Of a stretch of 64,000 nucleotides of DNA, positions 37,246-55,696 are shown piece after piece. Position 1 is the first letter of the stretch. Each line of letters begins with the position of its first letter. This DNA is from Trichoplax adhaerens (Eukaryota > Animalia > Placozoa), in the NCBI RefSeq assembly GCF_000150275.1, contig NW_002060944.1:881232-945231 (forward strand). Direction: 5' to 3'. The notes under the pieces were generated by a model. It saw only the letters and a list, made by a program, of their open reading frames with translations. It had not been told where the DNA came from and searched no databases. Made by a program: the position numbers and the translations under genes.

Positions 37246-37750
37246 ACAGTACTGTACTGTAGGCTATTGTACTGTACACTGTAGGCCAGATCAGTAAAGT
37301 ACAGTACAGTACAGTACTGTACGATCTTGTGACTCGTACACAGTTACAGTACTGTACGCCAGTTCAGTACAGACGTACAGTGTGAACCAGTTCGAATCAG
37401 AGTATTTTAAGGTACCCTAAAATCACGAGTGTGAATCCAAATGTAATAAGAATTATACGAATATAAAGCTGAATAAACTTCTCTATCTGTATGTATAGAA
37501 TTTAAGGCAAATTTTGCAACTTTACCACAATTTATTTTGCCTAATAGCACTCTAAATAGAACTGGCTCACACCGTACTGTACAGTACGTACGCCAGTTCA
37601 GTACAGTACGATCTTGTCACTCGTACCACAGTGTACAGTACAGCACTGTACAGTACTGTATTGTATTGTACAGTACTGTACACTGTACGCCAGCTCAGTA
37701 CAGTACGATCTTGTCACTCGTACTGTACGGTACTGTACCGTACTGTACTG
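37246..37750. repeat. CAGTA/TACTG pentamer-rich blocks (about 37246-37383 and 37570-37750) with a recurring 'tacgatcttgtsactcgtac' motif
   Basis: Read directly. Confidence 0.85.
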
Positions 37751-37751
37751 G

Positions 37752-37767
37752 ATTCTGACGTCAGAAT
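37752..37767. promoter_or_regulatory. Perfect 16-bp palindrome ATTCTGACGTCAGAAT containing a full CRE/ATF site (TGACGTCA), ~180 bp upstream of the ACO2 ATG
   Basis: Sequence motif only; half-site TGACGT nearby at about 37817. Confidence 0.5.
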
Positions 37768-37944
37768 GCGGCGTAACAATCAACCCCTGCGCCGGTTCAT
37801 AAGCAAGCTGCCGGCCTGACGTATGTTATTCTTGTACAGTGAGTGAGTGTATCCACTACTGTGCGCTGCAGACTTGCTAACAAACAAGCCCAAGCTACTT
37901 CAAATCAACGACGTTTTCCATTAAAGTCAACAACCATTTGCAAC

Positions 37945-44249
<6,305 letters not shown>

Positions 44250-46227
44250 ATTTTGGGTTCATTTATAATGATTAATGATCTTGTGTATTTGTTGTACCTG
44301 TTCGTAATCATATCTATCATGATTCGTGAAAGTAGAACAAAATTTAATATAAAGCAAGACAATCGTATCTACAACAGTTTAAATAGACTGTAGGCTAGAA
44401 AGCAGAAGCAATTGTGTAAGCTATTGCAGTAGCTTAATTTTCTTGAAGCGTGCGTAGATGGAATTGCTAACTATGTTATGCGGAGACCATATTCGTAGTG
44501 GCAGTCAGGCTATTACAGTACTACATATAATTGTTGGGTAAAGAGTTGTCTACAAAATTGGTAGTCCTCGCTTACAATTTTAATTTTTTAGTAATTGTGG
44601 TTAATTCTTAGTAATAATGGTAAATCATTGTTATGAAAAGTGGATGTAATCTTGAAGGCTTTTGGTTATAAATATGAATTAAATGAGATTTCCTTGTTCA
44701 ATTTGCTTACAACTGTGCTTTATGTTGCGATGCAATGTGTAGATTCTCAAAATCAGTTGATTTAATGTTTTGAAACTTCATCAATTAGAATTCAATCGCA
44801 TATAAATCTATGCTCGAGTATACCATGCTAACGGTACAGTAGTTCAAAAACCTAGTAAAGAAATAAATCACTTCCAATTCCAATTTTTGAAATACGGTTT
44901 ATGGCGCTTCTAATGTTATAAAAAATTTTCTAATCCTTTTGAAGCGATAATGCTCTAGTTGAAGTTTATAGCAGCAATTATGTGATCGATTATTCATGGT
45001 TAGCAACATTGTGCTAGTTTTAGGATGCCTAATTCTTTTTCTCACACATACAAGAAATAACCTACCAAAAATCGTTTTCACACCTCTTGTACAAGTAGTT
45101 TCCATCATTGCAAACGCAATACCCAATAACTACGCTACATTACTGAAATCGACTAAATTCCGTCTGGTTATTGATTTCCTTCTGTCTGTAATAATTTTCT
45201 ACTAAAGGAAATAAACTTCTCTATGCTCCTATGTTACTATATTCTAAACCCATGCAATGAAATAGTATCCATACAAGAGGCCATTTAAAATAATCATTTG
45301 TATTTTATTGTTAATAGAACATTTTTATTTCTATTGATATTGCATTATTAGATAGATGTTACTGTGTAACAGAATAGTAATCTTAGGATAATGGCTATTT
45401 TACGACATTTAAAATATTAAAAACTTCAATATTTCCTCTTTAGCTATTCATTTTCTAGAAATGTCAATTAACATTAAACTCATTACATGATCATTTTAGT
45501 ATAATATACCATAATTATGTTCACCTCAATGTGGAGGGTATGAAATTTAAAGGGGCATAATCAAAACTCGTTGTATAATTATTTTCTAATAAACATATAA
45601 GGATCACAGGTCGGGTTATTTGTTAGCGATATCTTAAACATACTATTTTCCCTCTCAATGATTGATGATTATTAGAGAATTGATAAATATACATATTTGA
45701 TTATTTCCGCTGTTTCATGAAAAGCCTAATTAAGCCAAATAGGCAAAAGATAATCAAACTGCCAGAAAAGGCAATTGTGCTTGTTTGAAAAGTACGAAGT
45801 TAGGGTTTAATCAGAAGATATGAAAGAAATAAAAGGATAAGGTTACTGTTATATCTAACCTGATTTGAGATCAATTTGCATATCTAGATTCATCTATCCA
45901 TACGTTTTATCTCTTCTATATATGCGTGGATGGATATACAGTATATTTATGTTCGAAATCTGAGATAATTTGCGTAATTAAAAACCATATGAATAATTGC
46001 ATCTAAATTAATTTGAGATAAACAATACGTACTCGTATAATTACAACTCTCACTTTAAGATATAGTTTAAATCTATGTATAGAATATAAGTATATTCGTA
46101 TAGTATTATAATCCAAGTTCATGGTAGAACTTAAAAATAAGTTGCATAAACGGAAATGATGAAATTACTGCTAATCCAATTTAAAGACAAGCTTTTCCAT
46201 TTTGTCATTTCCGTTCCGGTATCTTGA

Positions 46228-46947
46228 TTAATTTTTATTTACAACACATTTAGAGGTTGGAGTCTTTCTTCGAGATGGAGCATTGCGCGATTCAGCACGC
46301 ATTTTTTCAATAGGTGTTTGCACCTTAATATGCATAGTCATACTACTACCATTTAAACTAGGTGCTAATCTAGATTGAGTAGCTCGCGATTCACAATCTT
46401 TCGATGTTAAATCTTTAACGGTAGTAAAATGACCTTTATTATTGCGATTGGCATAATTAGGCCATACATAATAATTCAAATCGTTTAATGTTAATGCCTT
46501 TCTTAGTTTCTTCTTTTTAATCTTGCCCTCATCGACTGGCTGACATTGCTGTTGATTATGAGACATTAAATAGGTGCTCATTGGCATCGGTGGTAAAACA
46601 CTTTTATTCATTTTCAGCAATTGGCCATCTAGAATCTCTTGTTGTTGCACTCTTGTTAACCGATGGGCATACCAACGACTTAAAGGCCTCTTTTTACCGA
46701 AATATTCTCTTTCACGATAGTAATTTGAATCGCTAGTATCCCGTTGGGTAACGAGTAAATATTCCATACGTCGTTCAAGATCATATTGTTGATCACTAAT
46801 ATAATCTTGAAGAATTTTATTAGAATCGCGAGGACCATGATGGCTAATAGCATTATTAAAATATTGTAATCGATAAGGTTTTAAATTAACACCTAAAATT
46901 TCATCATCGGAAGAAAGAGATTGAACACTTTTACTTGTTTTCAGCAT
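46228..46947 (-). CDS. Hypothetical 239-aa basic, hydrophilic protein; no family recognised
   Basis: 720-nt ATG-initiated ORF in AT-rich DNA, much longer than background ORFs. Confidence 0.6.
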   Translation of the reverse strand: MLKTSKSVQSLSSDDEILGVNLKPYRLQYFNNAISHHGPRDSNKILQDYISDQQYDLERRMEYLLVTQRDTSDSNYYREREYFGKKRPLSRWYAHRLTRVQQQEILDGQLLKMNKSVLPPMPMSTYLMSHNQQQCQPVDEGKIKKKKLRKALTLNDLNYYVWPNYANRNNKGHFTTVKDLTSKDCESRATQSRLAPSLNGSSMTMHIKVQTPIEKMRAESRNAPSRRKTPTSKCVVNKN

Positions 46948-49140
46948 TTTCTTAATTTGGATAGACTTGGCAGTCAGTAACGATTGAAGGATAAGTGAAA
47001 TAAAATTATCTCGAGATAATAAAAACGTAAACGCTTTCCTTTTATAGCCTTGAATAATCTGTACCGGCTATTATGGTTGTAGGATCATCGATAGGAATCA
47101 ATAAATATCAATTGTGCTATGTTAAATTATTTTTCTTTTCTTTGATAAACCTAAAATTAAAGCAGGATAAAAATTTAGATATTGGCAATAATAATTTTAA
47201 ATTTTTATTAGTAGTTAATTGGTTACTAAATATTTTGTCTATGGATAAACTATCTGATTGTCTTGTTGACTTTGAAGTTCTTTCTAGAGATATTCAAAAT
47301 TATTATCTTGAAATCGAGACTGATTCAATCAAGTCGTCCGTATCCATTTAGCTTTTAGTATTTGTAAGCAAGATCTTATTATAATTGCTAAATTTTAGTG
47401 AAGCGAAGATGTAGAATATAAAGTAAATAAGGTTTTCCCAGCTAAACTTTAGTCATCACTGCTTTTGAAATGCTCTAATGCCCCATTCTTGTATTACATT
47501 TACTCGATGATGCGATATTTATTCCAACGTATAATTTAATTAACAATATTTATTCTATGTAATCCTCATATCCTCTATACGTAAATTGACATTGCGCAAA
47601 TATACTATTAATTCTTACGTAGAAAGGTGCGTTAGCAATTTTGCCACTAACTGCAGCTACTATTTTTCGCTTAGTAATTACTGTCAAATATATCGGTTAT
47701 TCTAATGCAAAACAGTAATATGACACCTTAACTTTTGGCCACTTTATGCATAATTTCTATGGGCGAATCAGATGAACTACAGAATGTACACTAAGTACCA
47801 AGAAAAATTCTATTAATATCTACAATGACAAAATTTGAAGCACTGCTTCATGATTCACTTGCTTAAATAAAGTAAATATCTAAATTAATCGTCCTTCTGT
47901 CTACTTCTGTATGTTTTTCACGATGTTATTAAGTTTTATTTTAAAATAAATTGCAGTAATTGAATTATGAAATAAAAAGTCCTTTGATAATATATGATAA
48001 TTAAAGAAGATAAACTATACTGGAGGAATTTCTAACTTTATGCCACCATCTATCTCTGTACATCATCGAAAAATCATGCCAGATACTTTGTTCACTTTAC
48101 TTATGGCTTATGCGAGCACATAATAAAACATTTTCATCGTTTTTCATCAGTAAGCGAATACATTTTTGTGCCTACACTGCTAAAGCTGGTGTTGTTATCT
48201 GTGCAATTCGTATAAGTAAAATTTGATAGATAACTAATAGAAAATTAAAAGGAAGCTTTCATGTCGATCATTATAAATATGATAGTATAGTGTATTAATA
48301 TAGAAATTATTCAACTAGCTAGAGTGGCGTTGTCGTATCTACTGGAAATTTTCAAGGTCGGATAGTGAATTAAGTGTACTTAAGGGCAGAACATTCTAAC
48401 GTCGTATAGCAGATTTTATTATGAATTCATATGTTAGATGGGCAGACTATTAATTATCGTTCAATTGCTAAGCAATTACATAAACCCAACATAATTTAGC
48501 ATTACTGTCATACTATATCCACCATTTTTATCCAGATTTGATCAGCGGAAGATTAAAGTAAATTACTGATGGGCAAAAAAATATTGTGAATAAATAAGTT
48601 ATAGGCAGAAATTCTACTTACTTCTGTAGATAGAAGAAATCTTTTTAGAGATGCATAATATGCGAAGTTGAAGTGGCTATGGTGAGTTAGATAAAGTGAC
48701 AAGACAGTGTTGTATAATGTTGCAAGATGAGAAGAAATTAGATCAATATAGTAGCAATTATAATATTTCGAGCGTATTTTTAAAGTTGTTAAGAATGATT
48801 TTGCAGGTCTTGACTCCCAATCACTTCGCTGTATAATGCTTTTCAACGAGACGAAATGGAAATATATAACATTGATGAATAATTTTCCAAGTCACGAGTC
48901 TAATCATTCTAATTCTATCCAGTTGAAATGCTTCAACGAACTGCGTTGTCTTATAATCTACAATAATAATACTATCGATAAATAATGGCATCGAGTTAAA
49001 ATAGAATAAAATCAATTGGTGTATTGTTATGGCGATTTATTAATTTTTTAAACCCAATTGCTTACTATTCCAACACCATTCATCATTATAATTTAATATA
49101 AGCCCTTGTATTGATTATCATGCCATGTTGGTAGGCGACA

Positions 49141-49154
49141 GTTGCTATGGAAAC
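49141..49154. promoter_or_regulatory. RFX X-box GTTGCTATGGAAAC (weaker second copy ATTGTTATGGCGAT at 49023-49036)
   Basis: 12/14 match to the canonical palindrome GTTGCCATGGCAAC. Confidence 0.5.
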
Positions 49155-52100
49155 CAAACAATACATCATCAGAAGAGAGACAAACCATTAATGCAAATGG
49201 CAGGAATAAATAACATCTTATTGCATGATAGACAATCAATTGACGACAATCATAATATTGCCGTTATAGACAGTTTTGTGTTTTATTCTATAATTGTTAA
49301 TCGATTAAAATTGGTTTGAGGCAAATTTTCCATATATTTATACATTTATCAATGCGACTATCGACTAGACATCAGGCATGATGATAATATCAATAGTTTA
49401 AATGTTGCTACTTTTCAATACAATTGTAGGCTAGTAGAATATAGACAGAAACAAGTAAGAATAGCTATCATCGTTGGCTATTCACATCGTCCCGTTGGAT
49501 AGAACTCTATCCAGATTTTAATCCAATTCTCATAAGCATCAGAGTATACAATTTCTCTTCAATTTTATTCTATGTCTCTATCACGACAATGTTATTTGTT
49601 TGCGTTAGTGTTAATAGATTCATTTGTAATTACCAATGATTAAGCTCGAATGAAATCATAATAAGTAATCAAATTGCATAACAAGGAAATCAGTTTACTA
49701 CTTCGACTATATGATAAGGAGCTGATCATGTCTATTAAAATTATTAGCATTTTATTGGTTAGAAATGCATCGTTTCCTAACGGTTGCATAGCTATTTCAA
49801 TATTGATTCCCACTGTAAAGCTGTTGTGCTAATAATAGTATTAAACCTGTTGCTACAATTAGTACATGTTGGAAGTAATTATTCATTCTATAATAGCTGT
49901 AAAAGTGTTGATATCATACGATAGCCCCTGCTATTAAAGCTGTTTTTTTCTCCATATATTCATTGTTTGACGAATCGAGAATGAATTACAGATGATAAAT
50001 AGATTTTATGACTAATTACTTTATTGATTCGCCATTTATTGTTAATAAATCAAGTCAATTTAGTGCCTATCTTATCATTTTAATAGTAATTGATGTATAT
50101 TATGAAGTTGAGCGTGGTAATTTAGTCAAGCAAAGAATGCCATCCTTAGCCAAAATATCAAATCTAAGGTTTACTGTAACTCCTATCCAACTGCACTTAG
50201 ATGTAAAAAAATAGCGTAACAATTATAGAGTATTAAATTAAAATTATCCTGCTTGCTCAGCTTATTTATTATGATTTATTAGCTGTTTAACTTCTTATTT
50301 TGATATAGTATCAGTAATGTTATAACTCTAAATAATAGATCCATAATCTGTGGGAATTAAGTAGAAGGAAGTCTAAAAAAAATGGAATGTTACATCTTAT
50401 AGCTTCAATTTGAGTCTTAAAACAGTGTAAATATATTAGTTAGCGACGTCAGCGACTTAAGATGATTAAATAAAGGTAAAGAAGATAATTTAATTACTTA
50501 TTTTATCATTAATGCTTGAATATCAATAGAAAACTAATGGTTATTATGACGTCAATATAGACCAAGGTACAATTGTCTTTCATTTTGTTCTCTTAATTAT
50601 ACTGGAAGTTTATCATCAATAATAAGAAAATTAAAATATTGTAGTACCTAAATCAGCAGTCTAAGTCCATATAAATAGATGATAAACTTTTACGATAATC
50701 ATTCGAGTAAAATAGTACTTGTATATTGACTTCTGATGCATATAAAATAACGTTAGAATTATACGCGTACTTCCGGATTACTATATTACTTGTTCATACA
50801 AATTGATGTATTATTATTCCAACTCATGCTGTTAGCAGTTATGTAATTGTAATTTCATAAATATACCAAAGCTCAGCAATGGTCTAAATTAACTTTATAT
50901 AATATTTTTGGAAAAGTAATGTCTATGATTCTAGTCCGGTATATTTAAGTTAACTATCTTTAATTTTATTCACCTAAACCAATCAGATACAGTAATTTCG
51001 CTACATAACATATTGACCTAAAAAATATACTGACAAGATTCTATTCTCTGATTTTACATTTACCACTTTTGTTGTTACATAATGGAGTGAATGTTTAATT
51101 TTAGGTGTCAACAAATTGTTTTTGAATTTAATTTGAACATAATTATTACACCAAGAATATCATGTTTACCGATAATAAAGTAGAAAAGGTCCGTCATCTT
51201 GGCTAGATAGAAACAAATAAATTGAAAAGACATTGATAATATCAGATGACTTGATCAACGATAATTTATATAGGATGCTTATTTTATTGAATTCGAAAAC
51301 TTATAATAAATTAAATGATTGTAGTCATCCATGCCTTATTTGTTTATTGTCACAGTATTAGGGTTCACATTTCCCTACTTATTTCATTGGATCATTATTA
51401 TTTAGGTTCAAATTGTAGAAATTTAGACTCTAAACCTTGAATTTTGATACGATAAATATATTAAACCATGCGCATTTCTCTCCATTTAACGAACAGCTTT
51501 AGACTCGTGCTATAGAGAATATAATATGTTGCTGAGTAGATTCGAATAAATTAATTTTCATGGCCTTATCGCGCAGAGACATTTCTCTCCCCTTCGATCT
51601 GAAAGTCTTACAATAGTACTTTAATTTGATGTCTATAGATTATATTCGTTAAATGAACCAGAGATTACTATTGTAATAAATAGCACATAAATTATGCACT
51701 ATTTCCAGCAGTAAATATCCATAAAATATTTTAGCTTACCATTACCGTACTTTAGGATATTATATTATACTATGTGTATACATTTTGAAATACTTACGTC
51801 TTTTTTAACTTTTAATATAGTTTTAAGTTTAAATTATGAAGGTCATACCATATTTCAGAATAGGTTAATAAAAAATTGCTTTGCTATATAATATGATATA
51901 AGTACAATCTTTATAATTTAGCTTCCATTGCAAGTATTTATAACTACACTTCATCACATTGTCTATAGGTAGCATCCTTTAACGATACTGGTGGTAATAA
52001 CACAAACAGTATAGTATGTCTTTCTCGAAATAGTCGATAATAGTAGTTCAAACTCACTATTATCGACTGATTTGAATTCAAATATAATCATTATATGCGT

Positions 52101-54260
52101 AATATTTCAAAAAATATAAACATGTATCACGCGCACAGAATTATATGAAATTGTTAATGACGGGTCTGTGATTGGATAATGTAAATTTTAGAGTCCTGAA
52201 GGAGTATTTTTAGTCTAATAGCATTTTTACTCAGTTGGAATGTTCCCATACTAAATGTACACGGCTACTACAGTAATCATATAAAGGTGCTAATAGTATA
52301 AGTAAGTGCCCTAACGATAAGCTATTAGGACATAATCGACCACTAGTTTGGCTATATTTTTCTCCGAATATCAATTAAGTACAATAATTATACACTAACA
52401 TTCATTCTTCAACCTGAATATCGATTCTACATTGTGCTTACTTGTTTGCCTACTGAATGATCATGACCTTCCTGACTTGCTTATTCATAAATACGTGACA
52501 AATATTAGATACTGGAGGTCATCAATAATAATCACCTATTCAGTTTTTCAATTCTATATTGTCTCTAAACTTTATAGCGAACTGAATATTACTTCCAGTT
52601 CATAGCCAGAGGTGATAAACCTTCGGATTTTTATATCTATTCATGCCAGATATATTGTTATTGAAGCAATAACAAAAGATGACAAGTGCTAATGGATGAC
52701 TTAGCCATATAATTGCACTATAATTGAAATATTTGAATATATAATGAGACTAAGAGGTTTAGTCATAGCACAGCTAATAATTCCCCGATAATAATACTAA
52801 AGCTAGCTTTTATTCCCAAAGCGTAATTGAAAAGATTTGTTGTTCAATGTATAACAGAGTTCAAAAGATTACTCATAGCCCTGTCAGTAATTCCTGGAAA
52901 ATAACAACATGACTAATTCGATTCATAAGGTTAAAGCAGAATATATTAAGATTTGATCTGCATTTATGCAATTTCTAACTATAACTATAGAACTATCAAG
53001 AGATGTAAACAGGAACTATTGACCCGCTATCTAATCAATTATTGCAGAATAGTGCAGTATAGGAAGGCTATTAATCATAGCCCGACTATAATCCTTGAAA
53101 AGTAATAATATAACTATTCAAGTTTATAGCCCTAAAAGATAAAATGTACCGTACTAGTGTTACCGTTAGTTCTAAGAGTTAGCCATTTTCTATAGACAAG
53201 TAACTGCTATAAGGGATATTAGGTTACTAAAACCGAAGATCATTTATGCAATATCTAGTATCTACTGCAGAATACGCGTACATTAGCAAAGATATTCACA
53301 GGCAAGACGATTAAGTTATAGTCTAAGATATATTTCTTTAAGGCTAATAATTACCATACCGATATTGTAGATTAGATGATATAAGTATAATGTATCCATT
53401 TATTCAAATGAAATATTATATGAAGATTGCAAACTTTAAACCGAAGGCAGAAATATTGATCCATTGCTATTAATTGCCGTAAAATATGCAGTGACAAGGC
53501 TTTAAGTCGCAGCTTAATCTATCACATTGCTTTCATTTTTGCAATTAAAATGCCAATAATATTTCGTAAAATTCAACTAATTGAGGCCAGCGTAGAAAAA
53601 TAAGTACATTCAATGATAAGATCAAGGTATAGCCCTGAGTACTGCGTATAGAATTGTTGTTGCTTATCCCAATATTAGAGCCTAAATAACTAATAAAGTT
53701 ACCCATAATTATAGGCTTAAACTGCAGATTTCGATCATATTGTTGCGTAAACTTCAATTTTCTATTCCAACTTTCAAGATCAGATTATTAATAATTTATC
53801 GTATAATGTAGCTAAAAATAACAAAATTAGCAAATCAAAATAGCTGCCTACTTAACCTAAACTCGCTGGCAAATAGTCAATCGTAATGCTGATAAAGCAA
53901 CTTTACTAAGATGTAACGTATACATATTCCGTGCGCCTTCGATGTAGTCTATGATTAATTAATTTCCCCTATATAATAGTTCAAGCTATTCTGAGCACCT
54001 AATGCTGACATTAGGTGGCCTGTCTATCTCTACTTTGATACGGCTGTAAATCATGTCTAATTGTGGTTGGAGTATCAAAATAGCTGAATGAGATGTTATA
54101 AAGTACACCGGGTATACCTTAGCATGTTTCATACCCAAAACGATAACATCTCGCTTCAGCCCATTTTTATGTGTATAGTAGAATATTTTGATAATTATCA
54201 TCACTTGTTAGCTTGAATTAGCTAACTATAAATATAGCATCACTGCTCTTGTAAAATCGA

Positions 54261-54522
54261 AAATACAGCGAATTTACTCTTTCTATTATGGAACACGTTG
54301 ATTTCAAAGTAGCATGATCAACCGTTACATGTATATTTTTCGTACTGTTCACTTCATATTTCCATGAGAGCTTCTATATAATATTGCTACTCTATAAGAT
54401 CTAAAATGCAGCGAATTTAATTCTTTTATTGCGGAACACATTGATTTTAAAGTGGCTTGATTAACCATTAAAAGTGCATTTTTTTCGTTCAGTTTACCTC
54501 ATTTCTATGAGAGCTACCATAT
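54261..54522 (+). repeat. Diverged tandem duplication, ~142-bp period
   Basis: 'cagcgaattta...ggaacac.ttgattt.aaagt...atgagagct' occurs twice. Confidence 0.8.
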
Positions 54523-55696
54523 ATATATATAAAACATATGTTATATATATATATCATCTTTATGAGACTACCGTGAAAATATCTTTCGCTTCGAGATTGG
54601 AGTCTTCAACCAAACTGATAGATAATATTTTTTACAACAGATAAAGTTGGCAATTACTTTCTTTTAAGACAGAGTATTCTCATTGGAAGGTAATGCAATT
54701 AGTATTAAATTCAGCATGTAATAATACAAATTACTCCAATTCTGCTACTTTGAAGTAGTAATGCTCCTGTCAAAAAACTAAAAAATTAGTAAACTTTCAA
54801 CAATTTAGGCTTTACAAGGAGGGTAAAGCTAATATTAGAGCTAAGCATATCAAATAAACGATAAATTATATATAATCTAATTGTTACATTATATGTATTT
54901 AAGAATGAGGCTAAAATCGCCACAAAAAAATGACAATTTTTAAGTCGATTACGCTATTTTGAAATTGAAATACTCCGTAATGAGACTATCTATTTTTCAA
55001 AAGAATAAGCTTTACGAGTAAACCAATAGTAGTTATTATGACGAACTGCATCAAACTAATGAAAACCTACCAGTTACCAAAATATTAAGTAATATATTTA
55101 GAAATGAGATTACTAGAGATAAATTAGTAATTGGAAGTTGCCAAAGTTATGACGTATAATAGTTGATCACGCGGGCTGTTTGATACTGTACCCTCGATTA
55201 GACTGAGCTTGCCCGCTAAAAACGCAGACGGACGGAATCTCTTGAGCTTATAAATACCAAAACTTGATACCAAAGTGGCTTCACGTTGTTATACTGGAAC
55301 CAATGTCTGTGATAGATGTATTGTACAGTATACTGTAACACAAACCACCCATCCCTCGATCATTTGCGCACGCGTGAGGATCCTAGCAACAAGCCTTAGA
55401 AACGGCTGCGGCTTGCAGATTCGAAAAATTCCCCTTGACTGCAATAAATTGCGACTAGTAGTTGTTGACCACTTTAATTCGCTTATAGACAACTCTACTG
55501 ACTATCCAGTAACGCTAAAAGCTGTTATAATACGACAAAACAACCGTTTGAGTCTTAGGAAGCAATTAATAAGATTGTACGTTGCACAATTCATCTCCAA
55601 CTACATCTAATTGCAGAGAAACCGGCCGAAAATAATTGCTGGATTGATTCGTCTATCTCTTTGGTAGTTCAAATAACTTTCATCCATTAAATAGAC

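Noticed and set aside
37537-37819. Cys/Thr/Val/Tyr-rich short ORFs
   Set aside because: Translations of the CAGTA pentamer repeat
37825-37855. Iron-responsive element upstream of ACO2 (C-N5-CAGTGA)
   Set aside because: The loop and bulge C are correctly spaced, but TTGTA does not pair with GTGAG, so the upper stem cannot form
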